Assembly: GCA_964016885.1 (NCBI GenBank)
Contig: OZ024754.1
Location: forward strand, 9,858,001-9,922,000
DNA: 64,000 nt
Reading direction: 5' to 3'
From: Eledone cirrhosa
Taxonomy: Eukaryota
The translations under genes and the position numbers were made by a program. The notes beneath the pieces are model-generated. The model saw only the letters and a program-made list of their open reading frames with translations, was not told the origin of the DNA and made no database searches. This document shows, piece by piece, positions 55,090 through 64,000 of the stretch (positions are counted from its first letter, which is position 1; every line of letters begins with the position of its first letter).

Positions 55090-55215
55090 ATTGTTTTATG
55101 ATTGTTTCGGAGGGTCGATCATATTGACATATTGTCTGATCTATACCAGTTATATAACTGTATACTATCAGACCTCATATATAGGTTCGATCAGACCGTC
55201 TTCTTCAGAAACAAT
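55090..55215 (-). ncRNA. Type I hammerhead ribozyme motif with expanded multibranch domain II
   Basis: AUUGUUU-CUGAAGA-(~90 nt domain II closed by GA.GGUC.GAUC/GAUC.GACC.UC)-GAAA-CAAUCA-UA-AAACAAU. Stem I is a perfect 7 bp. Confidence 0.68.
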
Positions 55216-55225
55216 TTGTATATAT

Positions 55226-55558
55226 ATGGAGGCAGATGGCTTAGTGGTTAGAGCATTGGCCTTGCAATCGAAAGGTTGTGAGTTCAATTCTCAGACCAGG
55301 TGATGTGTTGTTCCTTGAGCAAGACACTTTATTTCACATTGCTCCAGTTTACTCAGCTGTAGAAATGAGATGATAGGGACTGGGTTCCCTATCATTCCAC
55401 TGCAAAGTGGTCGTGGAGGTGCCACGGCAAAAAAGCACCCAGCACTCACTGTAAATGAGGTTGGTGTTAGGAAGGGCATCCAGCTGTAGAAATCAAGCCA
55501 GAATCAGTTCCCGTTCCACCTTTGCAAGCAGGGAAAAAGCGGACGTAAAATGAAATGA
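55226..55558 (+). mobile_element. SINE family A
   Basis: Full-length copy in (TA)n, inside the hammerhead cluster. Confidence 0.87.
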
Positions 55559-55718
55559 TATATATCATTATATATATATATATATATGCAAAAGTTCTAT
55601 TTAAAATTGTTGGGATACAACAAGTAAATATTTTTATAACTGATATAAAGCACTCGACAAGTATTTGGAGTAGATATACGATATTAATAAATGGAAACTA
55701 TATTTATAAAACCATATT

Positions 55719-55783
55719 TATTTCATTATACATATTTCAGAGATACCAAATTAAATTATGGTATGCCTTCATCAGACAAAATA
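55719..55783 (-). ncRNA. Minimal type I hammerhead ribozyme motif
   Basis: uauuuugu CUGAUGA agg c auacca [loop] ugguau c ucu GAAA uaugua UA augaaaua. Confidence 0.8.
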
Positions 55784-55814
55784 CAATATATATATGTAAA
55801 ACTGTTATATATTG

Positions 55815-55879
55815 TATTTTGTCTGATGAAGGCATACCATAATTTAATTTAGTATCCCTGAAATATGTATAATGAAATA
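55815..55879 (+). ncRNA. Minimal type I hammerhead ribozyme motif, inverted partner of 55719-55783
   Basis: tattttgt CTGATGA aggcataccat..tagtatccct GAAA tatgta TA atgaaata. Confidence 0.78.
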
Positions 55880-55918
55880 AATATGGTTTTATAAATATAG
55901 TTTCCATTTATTAATATC

Positions 55919-55952
<34 letters not shown>

Positions 55953-56399
55953 TCAGTTTAACGTCCATTTTCCATGCTGTCCACATCATGAGACAAGTCT
56001 GGCCAGATTAACCGTGCCATACCTTGCTTCTTTTTTAGGGGACTATATTGAAAAATAAACCTCATTTGGTCATTCCATGAGAGTATCTTGGTCAGCCTAT
56101 GAACTTAACACCAACTTATTGTATGCTATTGTAATCAATTAATCTTAGTTCAATAGCATTGATGATGGTACCTTGAAACAATTACCAATACTATAATGAC
56201 ATCTATGAGAACTAATGGATATGGAACACAACTTGGCAAATTTAATAGCTTTTTGTTCTACATATTAAATGGAATGTTTGAAAGTTTACATTAAAATTAT
56301 AATCTTTTCAATTTTTATGTTATCTTAACATTGAAGAAATTTGCTGCAGCATTAATGCAGGAGTTAAAATGTATAGATGTATATAAAGACAGCTTCATA

Positions 56400-56407
56400 T
56401 ATATGTA

Positions 56408-56440
<33 letters not shown>

Positions 56441-57503
56441 TTATGTGTATGTGTGTAAATATGTGTGTGTGTGACAGAGAGAGAGAGAGAGAGATTATGT
56501 GTATGTGTGTAAATATGTGTGTGTGTGACAGAGAGAGAGAGAGAGAGATTATGTGTATGTGTGTAAATATGTGTGTGTGTGACAGAGAGAGAGAGAGAGA
56601 GAGAGAGATTATGTGTATGTGTGTAAATATGTGTGTGTGTGTGACAGAGAGAGAGAGAGAGAGATTATGTGTATGTGTGTATATTTGTGAGAGATTATAT
56701 GCGTATATGCATGTGAACGTCTGCATGTGTGTGAGAGAGAAAGGGAGAGAGATTATGTGTATGTGTGTATATGTGTGTGTGACAGAGAGAGAGATTATAT
56801 GCGTATATGCATGTGAACGTCTGCATGTGTGTGTGTGAGAGAGAGAGAGGTTATGTTTGTATATGCATGTGAGCATGTGTGTGTGTGTGAGAGAGAGAGA
56901 GGTTATGTTTGTATATGCATGTGGACATGTGTGTGTGTATGTGAGAGAGGTTATGTGTGTATATGCATGTGGACATGTGTGTGTGTATGTGAGAGAGGTT
57001 ATGTGTGTATATGTATGTGAGCATGTGTGTGTGTGAGAGAGAGAGGTTATGTGTGTATATGCATGTGAGCATGTGTGTGTGTATGTGAGAGAGGTTATGT
57101 GTGTATATGTATGTGAGCATGTGTGTGTGTGTGAGAGAGAGAGGTTATGTGTGTATATGCATGTGAGCATGTGTGTGTGTGTGTGAGAGGGAGAGGTTAT
57201 GTGTGTATATGCATGTGAGCATGTGTGTGTGTGTGTGAGAGGGAGAGGTTATGTGTGTATATGCATGTGAGCGTGTGTGAGAAAGAGAGATAGAGGTTAT
57301 GTGTGTATATGCATGTGAGCATGTGTGTGTGAGAGAGAGAGAGAGAGGTTATGTGTGTATATGCATGTGAGCATGTGTGTGTGTGTGTGAGAGAGAGAGG
57401 TTATGTATGTATATGTATGTGAGCATGTGTGTGTGAGAGAGAGAGAGAGAGAGGGTGGAAGGAGGAAGAGAGATTGTATGTGTTTACAAGTCATATGTGT
57501 GCG

Positions 57504-57547
<44 letters not shown>

Positions 57548-57672
57548 TATGTGTGTATATGTATGTGAGCATGTGTGTGTGTGTGAGAGAGAGAGGTTAT
57601 GTGTGTATATGCATGTGAGCATGTGTGCGTGAGAGAGAGAGAGAGAGAGAGAGAGAAATAGAGAGAGAGAGA
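56400..57672. repeat. Compound (TG)/(GA) minisatellite
   Basis: gagagaggttatgtgtgtatatgcatgtgagcatgtgtgtgt units. Confidence 0.88.
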
Positions 57673-57825
57673 GCTTGTAAGTGTCTATATGTGTTAAGGT
57701 AATGATACTGAACAAATGCAATAATTAGTCAACAATTAAAATTTATACACTAACGACAAGAGTAATGTAATGATAGCAACAGTCAGTTCTGACATAAGAG
57801 GGTTAACCTTTCAGCCTACATAGTT

Positions 57826-58130
57826 GTGGAGGTTTGTGGTGGCCTAGTGGTAAGGGTGTTGGACTTAATCATAATGTCATCAGTTTGATTCCTTGACTGA
57901 ACTGTGTGTTGTATTCTTGAGCAAAACACTTCATTTTACGTTGCTCCAGTATGTATACTCAGCTGAAAATGAGTACCAGCAATAGCTGGGGGTTTAACCC
58001 TGCGATGAACTGGCATCCTGTCTCCTTGGGGGGGAGGGGGGGTCTTATACTCTAAGTTGCTTCACGCCATGAAACCGGGATAAACACCTGCCTAACGAGC
58101 CTTAAAATGGCTTAAGACGGGCTTAGAAAA
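57826..58130 (+). mobile_element. Older tRNA-derived SINE with V/Meta-like central domain
   Basis: tggcctagtggtaagg A box, ttcttgagcaaaacactt core, aaccctgcgatgaactggcatcc...gaaaccggga domain. Confidence 0.65.
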
Positions 58131-58179
58131 ATTGATGTGGAGAGAAGACTGAAATGAATGTAGCTATCTATCTATCTAT

Positions 58180-58428
58180 CTAAGGCGGGTAAAATTCACG
58201 AGATCCATGGACGAGTTCTCTCCAGCGGTCTCTGTCCCTCATTATCGCTGCCATATCCTGCATCTCCAACAGACCAGTGTCTGTCCTTAGGGCATCAACA
58301 TATGTTAACCTTGGTCTTCCTCTTCTAGTGTGTCCATGTAGGGTCTCCCAAAGGAGCACTGAGTGCAATGTCAACTCTGGATGTCGGTGAGCATGTCCAG
58401 CCAACCTCAGTCTTCTCTGTGTCACTTT
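58180..58428 (-). mobile_element. LINE (RTE-clade-like) 3' terminal fragment with (TAGA)n tail
   Basis: QRRLRLAGHAHRHPE..VLLWE..HG...RGRPRLTYVD.L..DTG..MRDRDRWR. Confidence 0.85.
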
Positions 58429-58854
58429 TGAGCTGTATTTGAGCTACTAATATATCGTGGAAAGCTAACATCTTCAGATATGGAACTCAAGCTGATAGAG
58501 GGAGCTTCAATTAATTTCGACATAAGTCTGACGTTAATGGTAATGGAAGAAATTTTAGGATTGACATTAACTGAACTGTGGCGTGGTATTTTCCATAGCA
58601 AAAGTCCACATCCACAACATTTCACCTCCCATACCCCCTCCCATCTTCATATCTAACTACACACACACACACACACACGTGTGTTATGAATAAGTGTCTC
58701 ACAGATTTATGCCCCTTCCACTTGCCACCCCCCACCCCCACCTCCCCACATCATTAATCAAGGATACTGTCTCGGTAAGTTGAAATCACCAACAACACAG
58801 CCAGCCAGCCATACCACTAAACCATTGACTGAGTGGCATTGATGTAAGTGGCAA

Positions 58855-60166
58855 GGTGGTGGTGGTGGTGGTGAAGATGGTGGTGATGGTGGTGGTGGTG
58901 GTGATGGTGGTGGTGGTGGTGGTGGTGGTGATGGTGGTGATGGTGGTGGTGAAGATGGTGGTGGAGGTGGTGATGAAGATGGTGGTGGTGGTAGTGGTGG
59001 TGGTGATGAAGATGGTGGTGGTGGTGATGGTGGTGGTGGTGATGGTGGTGGTGATGGTGGTGGTGATGGTGGTGGTGATGGTGGTGGTGATGGTGGTGGT
59101 GATGGTGGTGGTGATGGTGGTGGTGGTGGTGGTGATGGTGGTGGTGGTGGTGGTGATGGTGGTGGTGGTGATGAAGATGGTGGTGGTGAAGATGGTGGTA
59201 GTGGTGGTGGTGGTGGTGAAGATGGTGGTGGAGGTGATGATGAAGATGGTGGTGGTGGTGGTGAAGATGGTGGTGGTGGTGGTGATGAAGATGGTGGTGG
59301 TGAAGATGGTGGTGGTGGTAGTGGTGATGGTGGTGGTGGTGATGAAGATGGTGGTGGTGGTGGTGATGAAGATGATGGTGGTGGTGGTGATGAAGATGGT
59401 GGTGGTGGTGATGAAGATGGTGGTGGTGGTGGTGAAGATGGTGGTGGTGGTGATGAAGATGGTGGTGGTGGTGGTGGTGGTGGTGAAGGTGGTGGTGGTG
59501 GTAGTGGTGATGGTGGTGGTGAGGATGGTGGTGGTGGTGGTGGTGGTGGTGGTGGTGGTGAAAGTGGTGGTGGTGGTGGTGGTGGTAGTGTTGATGGTGG
59601 TGGTGGAGGTGGTGGTAGTAATAGTGATGATGGTAGTGACGGTGATGGTGTTGGTGGTGATGGTACTGGTGATGGTGACAGTGGTAATAATGGTGATAGT
59701 GGTGATGGTGACGGTGATGATGAAGGAGGTGGAGGTGGTGGTGGTGGTGACGGTGGTGACGGTGATGATGAAGGTGGTGGTGGTGGTGGTGGTGATGGTG
59801 ACGGAGGTGGTGGAGGTGGTGGTGGTGATGGTGACGGTGATGATGAAGGAGGTGGAGGTGGTGGTGGTGGTGACGGTGGTGACGGTGATGATGAAGGTGG
59901 TGGTGGTGGTGGTGGTGATGGTGACGGAGGTGGTGGAGGTGGTGGTGGTGATGGTGACGGTGATGATGAAGGAGGTGGAGGTGGTGGTGGTGGTGACGGT
60001 GGTGACGGTGATGATGAAGGTGGTGGTGGTGGTGATGGTGACGGAGGTGGTGGAGGTGGTGGTGGTGATGGTGACGGTGATGATGAAGGAGGTGGAGGTG
60101 GAGGTGGTGGTGGTGGTGATGGTGACGGTGATGATGATGGAGGTGGAGGTGGTGATGGTGACGGTG
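58855..60166. repeat. (GGT/GAT)n trinucleotide satellite
   Basis: Direct inspection; source of the spurious poly-Val and poly-Thr ORFs. Confidence 0.92.
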
Positions 60167-60863
60167 ATTATTTCAAAACACAATAATAATAATAATTGTT
60201 TCTACTTTTGGCACAAGGCCAGCAATTATCCCAGTACATTACTGGTACTTTATTTTATCGACCCCGTAAGGATGAAAGGCAAAGTTAACCTCGGCGGGAT
60301 TTGAACTCAGAATGGCAAGGGCCGTAACTCTGTGTTACAAAGCATGGTGTCTGACGCTCTACCAATACTGCCAATCCAAATAATAATAATAATGGTTTAA
60401 TTTATTGGCCACTAGGGCTGACATTTAGGGGACAATACAAAGACAGGGACAGTGGGGGGTTTACAATAATAATAATAAACTAAGAAGGTGGTGGAGTGGA
60501 GGTAAGGGTGTAGTAATCTATATATTTATCATAGTTCTCCCACCTGAAATGGAGCCAGACCAACTGACTGAAAAATAGGGGCTAAATAACTCCACACCTC
60601 ATTACACCACCACACCACACCACCACCACACCACCACCATATCGTTACACGACCACACCACCTCATTACATCACCATCTCGTTACCCCCCCCCCCCCCCA
60701 CACACACACACTTCATTGTTAATCTAGCAATAATATAATCAACTCCTCGCTCAACAACCCCCCCCCTCTCACCACCCCCACCCCAACCACCAACATTTTA
60801 CATTAGGCTCAGGTGTGGTAGTGTTTAAATGTTAGCAAGGAGGTTTCTTTCATTTAAAAATAC

Positions 60864-60899
<36 letters not shown>

Positions 60900-61578
60900 T
60901 ATATATATATATATACATATACACACACATGTAAGCAGGGAAAAGCGGACGTAAAATGAAATGAAATGATATATATATACATATATATATATACATATTC
61001 ACATATATATATATACATATTCATATATATATACATATATATATACATATTCATATATATATACATATATATACATATGTATTCATATATATACATATGT
61101 ATTCATATATATACATATATATACATATATATATATATACATATTCATATATATACATATATACACACATATATATATATACATATATACACATATATAT
61201 ATATATACATATTCATATATATACATATTCATATATATACATATTCATATATACACATATATATATACATATTCATATATATACATATATATATTCATAT
61301 ATACACATATATATATATATATATATATACATATATATATACATATATATACATATATATATATATATACATATATACATATATACATATATATATATAT
61401 ACATATATATCATCATCATCATCTTCGTTTAACGTCCATTTTCCACACTAGCATGGGTTTATATACATATATATATATATACATATATACATATATATAC
61501 ATATATATATATACATGTATATACATGTATATACATATATATATATATATACATATACATACATGTATATATATATAC

Positions 61579-61637
<59 letters not shown>

Positions 61638-62429
61638 CATATGTATATATATATATATATACATACACATATATATATATATATATATATACATACACAC
61701 ATATATACATATACACACATATATACATATATACATACATATATATATATACACACATATATATATATATACATACATATATATATATACATACATATAC
61801 ATATATACATACATATACATACATACATATATATATATACATACATATACATACATACATACATATATATACATACATATATACATATATATATACATAC
61901 ATATATACACATACATATATACATATATACATATATATACATATATACATACATATATATATATATATATACACAAAAACAACAAAAGAGAGAAAAAAAA
62001 AAAACGACAACTAAAATAGATAAATGAAATAATTTATAAAATTTAAAAAATAAAAAAAAACCTACACAAAACAACACAAAAGAAAACCCCCCACAAAACA
62101 AACCCTCTCCCCCCACCAGGCCACAGTGGGGGACAATTAAAAAGTTTCAAGAGAATGCAAGGGAGGATTGCTCGGCACCATATTGAGCTGTGAGGTGCAA
62201 CAGAAATGACAGCTGCACCAGTATTCTTTACTTGTAATTTGTTGTAATGTATTTAAATGTACAGCTGCTACAATCTCCAGCACTGCTTTCACTATTTCTA
62301 CTGATCAACATTTTTACAAGAGATTTCCTACTTTTCTTTACTTCTATTTTATTTTATTATAACTTTACTTTAATTCATCTCCAGCTAAACTCCTCACACA
62401 CACACTCTCTCTCTCTCTCTCTCACACAC

Positions 62430-62890
62430 ACACAAAGGTATACACACACACACACACATAGGTATACACACACACACACATAGGTATACACATACACACA
62501 CAAAGGTTTACACACACACACACAGGTATACACACACAAAGGTTTACACACACAAAGGTTTACACACACACACACATAGGTATACACACACACAAAGGTT
62601 TACACACACACACACAGGTATACACACACAAAGGTTTACACACACACACACATAGGTATACACACACACAAAGGTTTACACACACACACACAAAGGTTTA
62701 TACACACACACAAAGGTTTATAGACACACACAAAGGTTTATACACACACACAAAGGTTTATACACACACACACAAAGGTTTATACACACACACAAAGGTA
62801 TATACACACACACACAACGGTATACACACACACACACAACGGTATACACACACACACAAAGGTTTACACACACACAAAGGTATACACACA
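62430..62890. repeat. AAAGGTTTA(CA)n compound minisatellite
   Basis: Direct inspection; analogous CTTATAAAAC(CA)n array at 41735-41922 and AAGTA(CA)n array at 1-175. Confidence 0.85.
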
Positions 62891-64000
62891 TGCATACATT
62901 CATAAGTCATAGATACCTTACACACATGCACACACACACATATACACATATACAAACCCTCAAAACAATCAGATACCTCACACATACACACACACACTCA
63001 TAGCAATCATAGACACCTTACACACACACACTCACAACAAGCACAGACACATCCCACATACAATACTACCACCACCACACACAACACCACTACCACTACC
63101 ACCACCACACACATCACTACTATCACTACCACCACACACAATGTCACTACTACCACCACTACCTCTACCACAACACCACTACCACCACCACACACAATGT
63201 CACTACTATCACCACTGCCACTACTACCACTACCACTACTACCACCACACACCACGTCACTACTATCACTACCAAAACTCCACTACTACCACCACAACAC
63301 CACTACCACCACCACACACAATGTCACTACTATCACCACTGCCACTACTACCACTACCACTACTACCACCACACACAACGTCACTACTATCACTACCAAA
63401 ACTCCACTACTACCACCACAACACCACCACAATTACTACCATCACAACACCACAATCACTACCACCACCACAACCACTATCACCACACACAACACCACCA
63501 CCATCACAACCACCATACACAACTCCAACATCACCACCACACAACACTACCACCGCCACACAACACTTTATTCTTACCACTTACTAAACTAATATATTAT
63601 TAATCTTATTTACATATTCTTTCTACTTTAAACATCAATTAACTGTATTACATTCACTAATTCATTGGCATTCTCCTAGATGTCTTAATCCAGGAAAACC
63701 AGGAACAAGCTAGGCTATAAGAACTATTAGTAGAAATTATAGATGCTATGAAATATTTAATAACTGGCATATAATTCCTATACTGTTCACATATTACTTT
63801 CATCATTCAACCAGAAATTTTCTTTGACCAGCAAAATAACCACACAGTTAACCCTTTAGCATTTAAATCAGCCATATCTGGCCAGAAGTCTATCACCTCT
63901 TTCTGTTCAAACCGGCTGTAACCAGCTGCTCATACTGACGTTAAGGTATTTTTTTTTCAAAATAAATAATATCAAAATCTTGTAGATTCGATACTATGCG

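Larger units (their letters stand above)
55588..55925. mobile_element. Penelope-like element remnant of the same family as 29490-30446, with inverted arms
   Basis: Shares aagtt..attt..ttgttgggat..caacaa..ataactgatata..gcactc..ttaataaatggaaactatatttataaaacc with 29490-29620. Inverted arms about 55675-55792 / 55806-55925. Confidence 0.72.

Noticed and set aside
58786-60304. Mucin-like poly-Thr and poly-Val ORFs (also 25148-25891, 63141-63592)
   Set aside because: (GGT)n simple repeat open in several frames; no signal peptide or splice context.

Overview
AT-rich, microsatellite-saturated eukaryotic DNA. The tRNA-derived SINE repertoire and the density of (TA)n/(CA)n/(GA)n suggest an octopod cephalopod (inference). 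Almost all ORFs in the supplied track are translations of simple repeats or SINEs. The window lies inside a minus-strand Misshapen/MAP4K4/TNIK/MINK-family kinase gene. One clear 150-nt CNH-domain exon is present (49275-49424), plus a well-formed in-frame 66-nt candidate cassette exon (17975-18040). I could not find the flanking canonical exons, so the introns appear very large. They are filled with SINEs, RTE-like LINE 3' remnants, Tc1/mariner, hAT and piggyBac-like MITEs and TE-derived minisatellites. The most notable hidden signal is a set of minimal type I hammerhead ribozyme motifs of the Penelope-like-element kind, inserted into (TA)n tracts. At least eight have intact core motifs, six of them packed into about 1.5 kb (54.4-55.9 kb). 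Three sets form divergent inverted pairs in which the antisense arm would be transcribed before the ribozyme, and one has an expanded multibranch domain II. All coordinates were read by eye; repeat boundaries are approximate.
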